Source: Felis catus
Lineage: Eukaryota
NCBI RefSeq assembly: GCF_018350175.1
Contig: NC_058368.1
Coordinates: 87,050,001 to 87,114,000 of the forward strand
Direction: 5' to 3'
DNA: 64,000 bases
Within the stretch, counting starts at the first letter, position 1; each line of letters opens with the position of its first letter. Below are positions 40,896-51,959 of this stretch, one piece after another. Made by a program: the position numbers and the translations under genes. The notes below the pieces were generated by a model. It was not told where the DNA came from. It saw only the letters and a list, made by a program, of their open reading frames with translations, and did not search any database.

Positions 40896-41912
40896 TTATT
40901 GACAAATTGGTTTCCATACAACACCCAGTGCTCATCCCAAAAGGTGCCCTCCTCAATACCTATCACCCACCCTCTCCTCCCTCCCACCCCCCATCAACCC
41001 TCAGTTTGTTCTCAGTTTTTAACAGTCTCATGCTTTGGCTCTCTCCCACTCTAACCTCTTTTTTTTTTTTTTTCCTTCCCCTCCCCCATGGGTTCCTGTT
41101 AAGTTTCTCAGGATCCACATAAGAGTGAAACCACATGGTATCTGTCTTTCTCTGTATGGCTTATTTCACTTAGCATCACACTCTCCAGTTCCATCCACGT
41201 TGCTACAAAAGGCCATATTTCATTTTTTCTCATTGCCACGTAGTATTCCATTGTTTATATAAACCACAATTTCTTTATCCATTCATCAGTTGATGGACAT
41301 TTAGGCTCTTTCCATAATTTGGCTATTGTTGAGAGTGCTGCTATGAACATTGGGGTACAAGTGGCCCTATGCATCAGTACTCCTGTATCCCTTGGATAAA
41401 TTCCTAGCAGTGCTATTGCTGGGTCATAGGGTAGGTCTATTTTTAATTTTCTGAGGAACCTCCACACTGCTTTCCAGAGCGGCTGCACCAATTTGCATTC
41501 CCACCAACAGTGCAAGAGGGTTCCCGTTTCTCCACATCCTCTCCAGCATCTATAGTCTCCTGATTTGTTCATTTTGGCCACTTTGACTGGTGTGAGGTGA
41601 TACCTGAGTGTGGTTTTGATTTGTATTTCCCTGATAAGGAGCGACGCTGAACATCTTTTCATGTGCTTGTTGGCCATCAAAATGGATAAAAGACCTAAAT
41701 GTGAGACAGGAAACCATCAAAACCTTAGAGGAGAAAGCAGGAAAAGACCTCTCTGACCTCAGCCGTAGCAATCTCTTACTCGACACATCCCCAAAGGCAA
41801 GGGAATTAAAAGCAAAAGTGAATTACTGGGACCTTATGAAGATAAAAAGCTTCTGCACAGCAAAGGAAACAACCAACAAAACTAAAAGGCAACCAACGGA
41901 AGGGGAAAAGAT
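40842..41912 (-). mobile_element. Young L1_Fc-like insertion with 5' inversion
   Basis: Minus-strand 3' end 40842-41678, plus-strand piece 41677-41912; perfect 15-bp TSD atacacatttttttc (40827-40841 / 41913-41927). Confidence 0.95.
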
Positions 41913-42294
41913 ATACACATTTTTTTCAAGTGTACACAGAACATTCTCCAGAATAGATCACATATTACCCCAAAAACCCCGCCTCAACTAACACCAGAAG
42001 ATTGAAGTCATACCATGCATCTTTTATGATCGCAATGCTATCAAGCTAGAAAATAACCACAAGAAAAAATCTGGAAGGACAACAAATAAATGAAGGTTAA
42101 ATAGCATGCTACTGAACAATTAATGAGTCAATCAGGATATAAAGAAAAAAAATTAAAAGTACATGGAAAGAAATGAAAATAAAATGGTCCCAAACCTTTG
42201 GAATGCAGCAAAAGCTGTTCTAAGAGGGAAGCATGTAGCACTACAGGTCTACCTCAAGAAGAAAGAAAAATCACAAATAAATAACCTACCCTTG

Positions 42295-42437
42295 GAATGC
42301 CTGGGTGGCTCAATTCGTTAAGCATCTGACTCTTGGTTTCAGCTCAGGTCATGATCTCATGAGTTTGTGAGTTTTATCCCTGCATCAGACTCCATGCTGA
42401 CAGTGTGGAGCCTATTTGGTGTTCTCTCTCTCTCCCT

Positions 42438-42474
<37 letters not shown>

Positions 42475-42530
42475 ACTCCTCCCTCTCCCCCTCTCTCTCT
42501 TAGAATAAATAAGTAAACTTAAAAAAAATA
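42295..42530 (+). mobile_element. Can-SINE in L1
   Basis: TSD ataa(c/t)ctacccttg. Confidence 0.92.
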
Positions 42531-43544
42531 ATAATCTACCCTTGCACCTATAGCAGCTAGAAAAAGAACAAACAAAACCTCAAACCAGCATAAAAAGGGA
42601 AATAACAAAGACTAGAGCAGAAATAAATGATACAGAAAACAACAACAACAAAAAAAAAAAAAAAAAAACAAGAAAAGGATGTCCACTCACACTACTTTTA
42701 TTTAACATAGTAGTGGAAGTCTTAACCGCAGTAATCAAATAAATAAATAAATGCCATCTAAACTGGTAAAGAAGTAGAACTTTCACTATTTTCATATGAC
42801 ATACTCTATATAGAAAACCTGAAAGACTCCACCAAAAATAAAACTACTAGAACAGATAAACAAATTCAGTACAGTTGCAGGATTCAAAATCAATGTACAG
42901 AAATCTATTGCATTTCTATACATCAATAATGAAGCAGCAGAAAGAGAAATTAAGAAAACAATCCCATTTAGAATGACATACAAAATAACAAGATACCTAA
43001 GAATAAATATAACCAAAGAGGTGAAACACCTGTACTCGGAAAAGTATGAAATGCTGAAGAAAGAAACTGAAGATGACATAAAGAAATGGAAAGATTTCTA
43101 TGCTTACAGATTGGAAGAACAAATATTCATAAAATGTCTATAATACCCCAAACAGTCTACACATTTAATGCAATCCCTATCAAAACACCACCAGAATTTT
43201 TCACAGAACTAGAATAAACAATTCTCAAATTTGCATGGAGCCACAAAAGACCCTCAATAACCAATAGAAAAGCTGGTGACATGACAATTCCAGACTTGAA
43301 GGTATATTCTATAGCTGTATAATCCAAACGGTATGGTACTGGCACAAAAATAGACACATAGATCAATAGAACAGAATAGAAAACCCAGAAATAGACCCAC
43401 AATTATATGGGCAATTTAATATCCAATGGGAAAAAGATACTCTCTTCAACAAATGGTGCTGGGAAAACTAGACAGCAGCATGCAAAAGAAGGCAACTGGA
43501 TCACTTTCTTTCACCATACACAAAAATAAATTCAAAATGGATGA

Positions 43545-43740
43545 GGGGCACCTAGATGGCTCAGTCAGTTGAGCATCTGACTTCAGCTCAGGTCATGATC
43601 TCACGGCTCGTGGGTTCAAGCCCCGCATCAGGCTCTAAAGCCTGTTTCACATTCTGTATTATCCTCTCTCTCTCTGCCCCTCCCCCACTTGTGCTCTCCT
43701 TCTCTCTCAAAAATAAATAAATAAACATTAAAAATTTTTA
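43545..43740 (+). mobile_element. Can-SINE in L1
   Basis: TSD aaattcaaa..g.atga. Confidence 0.92.
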
Positions 43741-44324
43741 AATTCAAAGTGTATGAAAGACCTAAATGTGAGACCTGAAACCATGAAAACCTTGAAGAGA
43801 ATAGAGGAAGTAACTTCTTTGATACTGTTGATAGCGACTTCTCTCTAGATATGTCTCCTGAGGCAAGGGAAACAAAAGCAAAAATGAACTATTAGTACTT
43901 CATCAAAATAATAAGCTTCTGCAGAGTGAAGAAAATAACAAAATTAAAAGGCAAGATATGGATTGGGAGAAGATATCTGCATCTGCATATGACATATAGG
44001 AAAGGGTGAGTATCCAAAACATATAAAGAGCTTATACAACTCAACACCCAAAAAAGCAAATAATCAAATTTAAAAATGAACAGAAATATGAAGAAATATT
44101 TCTCCAAAGACATACAGACACATGAAACGATGTTCACCATCACTCCCTCTCTGGGAAATGCAAATGAAACCACCGTTAGATGTCACTTTACAACTGTCAG
44201 AATTGCTAGAATAAAAAAGACAGGAAATAACAAGTATTTATGAGAATGTGGAGAAAAAGGAATCTTCATGCATTGTTGGTGGGAATGTCAAATCGTGCAG
44301 CCACTGTGGAAATTTTTTTCCATT

Positions 44325-44825
44325 TGGCCTCATATCAATTACCTACCCTTCTCTGATCTCTGCTCTCTGCCAGGGAAAGCTGATCCTTATGGACTGTAGC
44401 TCAGATTATTTGCTTGCTGAATTCTAATTGGAGTTCCTGAGTCTAGGCAATTCAAGACACCAGAAAGACATGGAAAAAAATTGGAATGAAAGCCATCAGG
44501 ATAATTTCTCCCAACTTTGTCCCTGTTTAATTACATCTCTGAGAGTAGCTACTTCCTTACAGCATGTGAAAAGCATCTCCATCTACAACTGTCAGTCTTC
44601 CTGTACATGGATGACACTTTCTCCTTCCATTTGTCTTTGAGGCAGTGAGGAACATGCTCCCCCATGAGGCTAACTTCTGGATGCTTCACTATCCCTTCTG
44701 TATTTCTAGATTCCCATTCAAAATGGTAGGTATATGAAATCTATAGGGGCACCTGGCTGGCTCAGTCGGTTAAGCGTCTTCATTAGACTCACTTTATCTA
44801 AACCATCTAGGATGATTTCTCTTAC
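44325..44825. mobile_element. Ancient ERVL-class LTR relic (LTR33/LTR16-like)
   Basis: ccttctctgatctctgctctctgccagggaaagctgatccttatggactg resembles recalled LTR33-type consensus. Confidence 0.5.
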
Positions 44826-45001
44826 ATGTAAAGTCCCTCCTCACTCCATACTTAAATGGTTTCTAATGGTATCATTGAACCACCAAGCTGCCAGACTACT
44901 TTTTGCCTAAAAAACATAGCCCAACTGTATTTAAACAATTATTGCACAGGTTTCCTGTTCCTTGCACCAAAACTCATTCCACTCTCCTATATAGGCTTTA
45001 T

Positions 45002-45221
45002 ATATTTTTAGTTTTTAAACATTTATTCATTTTGGAGAGTGAGAGAGACAGAGCATGAGGGGGGGAGGGCAGATAGAAAGAGGGATACACATAATCTGAA
45101 GCAGGCTCCAGGATCTGAGCTGTCAGCACAGAGCCTGATGCAGGGCTTGAACTCATGGACTGCATGATCATGACCTGAGCTGAAGTCAGATGCTTAACCG
45201 ACTGAGCCAGCAAGGTGCCCC
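45002..45221 (-). mobile_element. Can-SINE (SINEC_Fc)
   Basis: Complete; degenerate TSD tataggctttata / tatagatttcata. Confidence 0.93.
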
Positions 45222-45465
45222 TATAGATTTCATATTAAATGCAACTTCCTCTGGGAATAAGTCCCTCTCAGTACTGTCAGTTTTGCATTGCCTGTAAACC
45301 CCCATTGCATTCACTATCTCTCTCTATCTCTCTTGCTATTTTCTACTTTTTAATTATTTTCAGAAGTTCTGTTCAGTTCAGAAGTACTGTTCTATGGTAT
45401 TCTTCATTGATCATCAGAATTGTATTTCTATTTTGTTTTTTTGATAAACATGGACTTTAATCTTA

Positions 45466-45806
45466 TTTTTTTTAATTTAAACTTTAGTTGTTAACAGTGC
45501 AATATTGATTTCAGGAGTAGAATTCAGTGATTTATCACTTATATACAACACTCAGGGTTCATTACAAGTGCCCTCCTTAGTACCCATCACCCATCTAGCT
45601 CATCTCTCACCCTTCCCTCCATAAACCCTCAGTTTGTTCTCTATCATTAAGAGTCCCTTGTTTGTTTCCCTCTCTCCTATCCCCCCCTTCCCATATATTC
45701 ATATGTTTTGTTTCTTAAATTCCACATATGAGTGAAATCATATGGTAATTGTCTTTTTCTGACTGACTTATTTCGCTTAGCATAACACATTCTAGCTCTA
45801 TCCATA
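45466..45806 (-). mobile_element. Carnivore L1 3' end
   Basis: Reverse 3'UTR ttcaggagtagaattcagtgattt; T-tail. Confidence 0.9.
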
Positions 45807-45829
45807 GGGAAAAAAAAGAATTGTAATTT

Positions 45830-46330
45830 TAGAAAAGCACTAGTTCAAAAGAATTATAAGCACTTATTAACATTGACTGAAAATACATAAATGAAACAAT
45901 TATGAAATCCAAGTAAACATTTTAAAATTTTTAAGACTTTATACCAGTTTTGCAAAGATAAGTCAATTTCTGTAAATATAATAATACTATTCATTAGAAT
46001 AATAGCCTTAATTAAAATTTTTCATATAATTTTTAAAGTAAATGCAGAAAAAAACATTTGGTACAATTCACCAGGAATTTGTGATTTTTTTTAAATCTCA
46101 GAAAATCAGAAATGAAATGGATATCCTTGTATCTATTAAGAATTATATACCAAAACCAATTTTAATAATATATTTAGTGAAAAAAACTGGAAGACATTCC
46201 TTTTAAGACTACAAAAAAAAGAAAAGAAAAGAAAAAAAAAGACTGCCTGCCATTACTGATTCTACTAAAGACTCTTTGAATGGCCCTGGTCAATATAAGC
46301 TAGGAGAAAACACAGTTAATGAACAATTCA
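45830..46330 (+). mobile_element. Ancient L1 ORF2 RT-region relic
   Basis: aaatgcagaaaaaaacatttggtacaattca (DAEKAFD-like). Confidence 0.6.
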
Positions 46331-47243
46331 AAATTATTAAATATTTAACTGAATTTTACACCTTACTTGTTATTGCTGGTATATAAGGAATCTGCTTAAT
46401 GTAGCACTGTTATATAAATATTTATGCTTAATATGGGATTGTTACCTAACCAATTTACTGAACCTAACCTAATCATTATTTATTTGATTGATTCAATTAT
46501 CCAACAAGTATTTATGCAGCCTATTGTAAGCAAATGACATTCTCTTTTAAGTTAGAATAGAAATGATGGAAAACTAATTTGAGGGGCATTAAGGAGACAT
46601 ATCCATGGATATAATGACTAATTTGATATAGAAAGTGAGAGAGGAGAGGATTCACAGATGTCTCTTTTGTTTCTGGTCGAGGCAGTCAAGCAGAAACATA
46701 TTTTTTCTTGTTTTCTTGTATTTTACAGAGACATAATATAATGATTCCTATAGTGAGAAAAAATACTTGGTGGAAAAGTGAGAAAAGGACTTCAGTAAGA
46801 TGTGTAGGCTTCTGAGCTATAAATAGTCCTGAAAGTACTACACCTGTGGAGTAAGGATGTAATTCATAATTCCCACTACTTATGTCTTAGTAGATGTGGC
46901 AGCCTATTGCCTTCAGTGATATTATAGCCATTTTCCTTTTTACAAAGAGTGAGAGGAATCCCTGCAGGAATTAACTAGAAGGTAACCTCCCAATTTTTAA
47001 ATCAGGTTGGCTTTTAGCAAAATATATTTATGGAATGTGAAATACAAATTCAGCCCACCTTACTATATCCATATAAATCAACTTGATCAACAAAGTTGAT
47101 TTGTTGAAGCAGATTTTTAAAAATCTTTAATTAAATTTTTTTATTTAAAAAATAAGTACCACTATTGTGAAGAGAGCTGGCATCATGGTACCAAAGAAAT
47201 AGTTGAAATAATTATGCATTCATTCAAAGAAGCTGTACACCAC

Positions 47244-47750
47244 ACAAAGGCAGTCTTTGACTTACAATGATTTGATTTACAATTGTTTGACATTACAATG
47301 GTGCAAAAATGATATGCATTCAGGAGAAATCACACTTTTAAGTTTTGATCTTTTGTCAGGATAGCAATATGTGGTGCAATACTCTCATGATGCTGGGCAG
47401 CAAGAACAAGCCAAGGTGCAGCTCCCAGTCAGCCATGTAATCACAAAGGTAAATAACTGATACACTTACAACCATTCTGTACCCATGCAACCATTCTGTT
47501 TTTCACATTCAGTGTATTATTCAATAAACTGCATGAGATAATTAATACTTTATTATAAAATGGGCTTTGTTCTAGATGATTTTTCCCAACTGTATGCTAT
47601 TATAAGTATTCTGAGTTTGCTTAAGGTAGGTTAGGCTAAGCTATGATGTCTGATAAATTAGACATATAAAGTATATTTTTTACTTAAAATATTTTAAATT
47701 TATGGTGGATTTATTATGGTATAATCCCACTGTAAATTGAGGAAAACTTG
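47244..47750 (-). mobile_element. TcMar-Tigger non-autonomous DNA transposon (MER47/Tigger5-like)
   Basis: ttaaggtaggttaggctaagctatgatg and actttattataaaatgggctttg match recalled consensus; TIR-like ends gacttacaatg / cactgtaaattgagg. Confidence 0.75.
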
Positions 47751-48513
47751 TGGTCTATCCCACATGTTGAAAATATTTAGGTGAAGGGAAGATTATATTG
47801 TCAAAGAATTTTTTTTTCTGGGTCTATAGGCCAAATCCCAAATCAATAAGGTTGAATTAGTAGAAAGGCAAATTTCTAGCTTAATCTAATTTAAACAACA
47901 ATATAATGAGTATATATTTCAAAATGTGGAGTATTACCTTGGGATAAAACACATTTTGTGGGAATATTGAAACAATTTTGAATGACCACTACTCAAAAGT
48001 ACTTGATAGGGATTTGTATACTAGATAAATGAGGCCAGATGCCCTGTAATATACCTATGAACTTGGATTTTGTACATTCTAAATAAACAGTCTGAAACTA
48101 AGAGTAATCCCCAAATTATATTCAGAAATTCTTTTTTCACATTTTCAGGCTATAAAACATTACTTTATCTAACTCCATTTTCACAATAGCCCCTCAACTC
48201 TATAGGATGGGTATTTTCATACCCACTGAAAACAATAATGACAGTAAGAGAAACTACATGAGTTAACCATTGTCATGTAGCTAGTCATTGGTAGAGTGAA
48301 GACAGATGATCAGTAGCTAAACTTCTCATTTACCTAATCCTTGTAAGTAAGCTATAAAAATATAATAACATGATAAAATACATACTGACACAGGAGTTTG
48401 GCTACTCAGAAATAAAATAAACTTTACCATTTCTTCAGAATTAAAAGCATATCATGGTTTGCTTCCATTAAGCAATTCTCCAGTTTCCATCATCTCTTCA
48501 AATTCCTTTTTCT

Positions 48514-49445
48514 TTAATCTTTCCCTATCATCTTCCTCAGTGCCCCTTTCATGTCTTTATTATGTAATGTGTAGATGAAAGGATTTAGAGTTGGAGTGAC
48601 AATTCCATAGAGCAAGGCCATGAACTTGTCCTGGTCCTGGGAGGTGGCTGCAGTGGGCTGCAGATAAGTGGCCATAGCAGTGCCATACAAGAGAAACACC
48701 ACCACCAGATGTGAAGAGCAAGTCCCAAGGGCCTTTTGGCGGCCTTCATGCGACTAGATCTTCCACATAGCCTGAGCAATGCAGATGTAGGAAATAAGAA
48801 TGAGAGAGGCACCAGCAGTAAAAATGCGCTAACCAGGAAGAGTTCCATCTGATTAAATGTGGTATCCACACAAGCAAGTTTGAGGAGAACTGGTACTTCA
48901 CAGAAGATATGGTCTATAACATTCCTTCCACAAAGAGGAACCTGTGTGATGAGCACAGTCTGCACCAGTGAGCTAACCAAGCCGGTTAGCCAGGTTATGG
49001 CCACCATTTGCCAACTGATGCATGGATGCATGAGAACAGTGTAGTGCAAAGGCCAGCATACTGCCACATAGCGGTCAACAGCCATGACTGCAAGGAGAAT
49101 GCATTCTGTGGAACCCATTGCCAAGGACACATACAGCTGACCAACACAGCCTCCATAGGTTATTGTCTTTTCTGGACCCTGCAGGTTAAACAGCAGCCGG
49201 GGAACTGTGCTGGTGGTGTAGCAAAGGTCCATTAAAGACAAGTGAGTGAAGAAAAAATACATTGGGGTGTGGAGCCAGGGATCCAGATGAGCCAATATAA
49301 TGATGGCAATATTGCCAAGCAGAGTCAACAAGTAGAAAAACAGGATGATAACAAAAAGGGTCATCTTTAACAGAGGTTGCTCACAGAAGCCCAACAGGAA
49401 AAATCCATCAAAGGAGCTGACATTAGGAATAACCATACTTTTCAT
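48514..49445 (-). pseudogene. Olfactory receptor family 2 (OR2G-like) pseudogene
   Basis: NVS glycosylation site, LHTPMYFF, MAVDRYVAVC, DHIFCEVPVLLKLAC. Frameshift in the (TC)n run at 48802-48809. The corrected frame reads [31 protein letters not shown]...[14 protein letters not shown], with TAG at 48754-48756. ATG at 49445 or 49436. Confidence 0.92.
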
Positions 49446-49503
49446 TGCATTTAGACAGAATAGGAATCTATATATACTCTCATCATCTTTCCTAGGTTCC
49501 AAC

Positions 49504-49526
49504 CTAAAAGACGCAAAGAGAGCACA
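49504..49526 (-). promoter_or_regulatory. Likely 3' splice acceptor for the OR coding exon
   Basis: Minus strand tgctctctttgcgtcttttag|G about 58 nt upstream of the first in-frame ATG; ORs typically have 5' non-coding exons. Confidence 0.6.
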
Positions 49527-49918
49527 TCCCTCTCTGAACCATAAATGATCACTGAAAATTTAAACTCTTAACTCTCTCTTATGCTTATATTAATATCTTC
49601 TTCATGCCTTCCTTAGAATTTTTTTTTTTTCATTTGCTCATTTTATGTATCTACACTATCTGGAAACTTGTCTTCTCCATTTCTTTACTTTGCCTTCAAA
49701 TATGCACATATCTCCCCTAGTTTGAAAATTGAAAACAGAGATTTTCATTCTGAACCTAGCTAAGGACCTCAGATATGTTGCAGTTTACTTGGAGCTTTAT
49801 CAGAAGTTTCCATATGCCAGTTCCTATTGTCAAAGAAATTCTTTAAAAAGGGTCTTAAAATAGAAATGGCAGGAAAATAAAAATACATTTGGCCACTTTA
49901 AAATGGATTATGTTTGTA

Positions 49919-50136
49919 GGGGCGCCTGGGTGGCGCAGTCGGTTAAGCGTCCGACTTCAGCCAGGTCACGATCTCGCGGTCCGTGAGTTCGAGCCCCGCC
50001 TCAGGCTCTGGGCTGATGGCTCAGAGCCTGGAGCCTGTTTCCGATTCTGTGTCTCCCTCTCTCTCTGCCCCTCTCCCGTTCATGCTCTGTCTCTCTCTGT
50101 CCCAAAAATAAATAAACGTTGAAAAAAAAAATTTTT
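49919..50136 (+). mobile_element. Very young SINEC_Fc
   Basis: Near-consensus with CpGs intact; perfect 17-bp TSD aatggattatgtttgta (49902-49918 / 50137-50153). Confidence 0.97.
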
Positions 50137-51661
50137 AATGGATTATGTTTGTATACACCATCCCTATTTTACTTTCTTAATATTTTTTAAACTTTGGTTT
50201 ATACTTTCTGAAAAATTCAATCAAATTATAGAGTGTTCTATGATACTTTTTATCTATATAATAACATTCATGTAATGGAAAAGGACAGAATTCTTTATTC
50301 ATGTCAAATCCAAATATTGTTTTCAAGTTAGCACTTCCTCCATGACAGAGTGAATAGATTGGCAGTTTTGGATCTATGTGCAAATAATTCATTCAGTCGA
50401 TTCACACCAAAGAAACATATATCTGTCTGGTAAAATACTGAAAAGCAATCTTATTAACTTCCCTTAAATCAAATTAATAACAGAAAACTTTATTCAATTA
50501 TGTATTTGTTATTAAAAAAAATCAATGAACAGTTGCTTTACTTTCCATAGAGCTTCTTATCTAAGATCTATGGACACATACACATGAAGAGAAAAAAGAG
50601 CGATTAATACTGACATTTTTTTACCTGAGGTGAAAAGGCAGACATCAGGAAAGACAAAATAAATCTACTCCTGAAAGGATTATACTCCCCTTTGTCTCTA
50701 AAATGAGAGTATAAGGAAGTAACAAAGAGGAATATGGAGTATGTTTACTTGGCCAAGGTCACTGGGGCAAAGAACCCTAAGGAAGCAATTAAGACTTGTG
50801 TTCACTAGTGTATAGTTAGTCAGGAATCACTTAGGGAAAAGGATGGCTATAAGGCAGATATTTCTGTCAGTCAAATCTTGCTACTTAGCAAGGAATTACG
50901 TGCAGTTTTCAGAATCCAAATAAGAGGACTAAATGGTATGAGGCATTACCTACATTTGGAATCTCTAACATTTTCCAAACCTCTGTTCAAAATGCATCTT
51001 CTACAGACACAGTTTTAACTGCTATAATAACCCCATCCCTCTAAATAAAATGAGAAATGTAAAATGTCTTACTGGAATGTCTGGTGTAGGTAACATCATT
51101 GAAATAGGCTTACAAAAGTATTTAAGTTCGGTATGAACTATTATGCAAGCTTAATCACAACACTCAGACTAACAAGCATAAATAATCCCAAACAACATGA
51201 GTATATAACTTTGGGGCAAAAACCAAGTTGGAAGATGATGAGAGTGTCACACATGATTCCCTGTCTGTGAAAAAAGCATCAATTTAGAAGAAAAATATAT
51301 GAGCAATTCTAGGAATGCACATGTGCATGCACATACATATGTATAAATGAGGCTGGGCTCCATGTCACTTTCTGACAAGATCTTCACAGACATTTTCCAC
51401 TTATTCAAAGACATACCACCTTGAAAGTCCCTGTTTTCTAAAACTTTTCATGCTCAGACTCCTGGAAGTACTCACTGACTGCAGATTATTTTATCTATGT
51501 AGTCACAAACTCTCTCAGAGCCAAGGATCGGCATGTGTTTTTTCTTTCCCAAGTTTAGAACTTGTTTAGAATTATTTTCCTTTTCATTTTAAATTTTGTT
51601 GCATTGTGACCAGACAACTGTTGTGGGGTAAGTGCTTGTGTTTTAAAAGGTGTTATTATCA

Positions 51662-51855
51662 GGACGCCTGGGTAGTTCAGTCAGTTAAGCATCTGACTCT
51701 TGGTTTCGGCTCTGGTCATGACCTCACGATTTGTAATTTGAGCCTAGGATTGGGCTCTGCTCTGACAGCACAGAGCCTACTTGGGAGTTTCTTTCTCTCT
51801 CTGCTCCTTCCCTGCTTGTGCTCTTTCTCTCTCTCAAAATAATTAATCATTTTAT
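51662..51855 (+). mobile_element. Can-SINE
   Basis: TSD aaaag.t.ttattatca. Confidence 0.92.
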
Positions 51856-51959
51856 AAAAGTTTTATTATCAATTATTATCATCATTATTATTTTAGTATT
51901 TATTTTTATCAACATTATTATATATAAGGCTAATGCCAGTTTATTTAAACCTAAAAACC

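Larger units (their letters stand above)
38200..44310 (+). mobile_element. Decayed carnivore LINE-1 (partial 5'UTR, ORF1, ORF2 with deletion)
   Basis: ORF1 about 38788-39610; ORF2 from about 40251 (atgacaataattacatatc); deletion near 42650; ends within the ORF2 C-terminus. Confidence 0.9.

Noticed and set aside
349..41678. Inverted ~800-bp young L1 pair (349-1145 vs 40842-41678) as evidence of a 40-kb inversion
   Set aside because: The second copy has an intact perfect TSD and its host L1 is collinear on both sides.
48585..49502. 305-aa ORF as an intact OR
   Set aside because: Starts at TTG, and its C-terminal ~73 residues are out of frame after 48802; no KAFxTC or NPxIY motifs.
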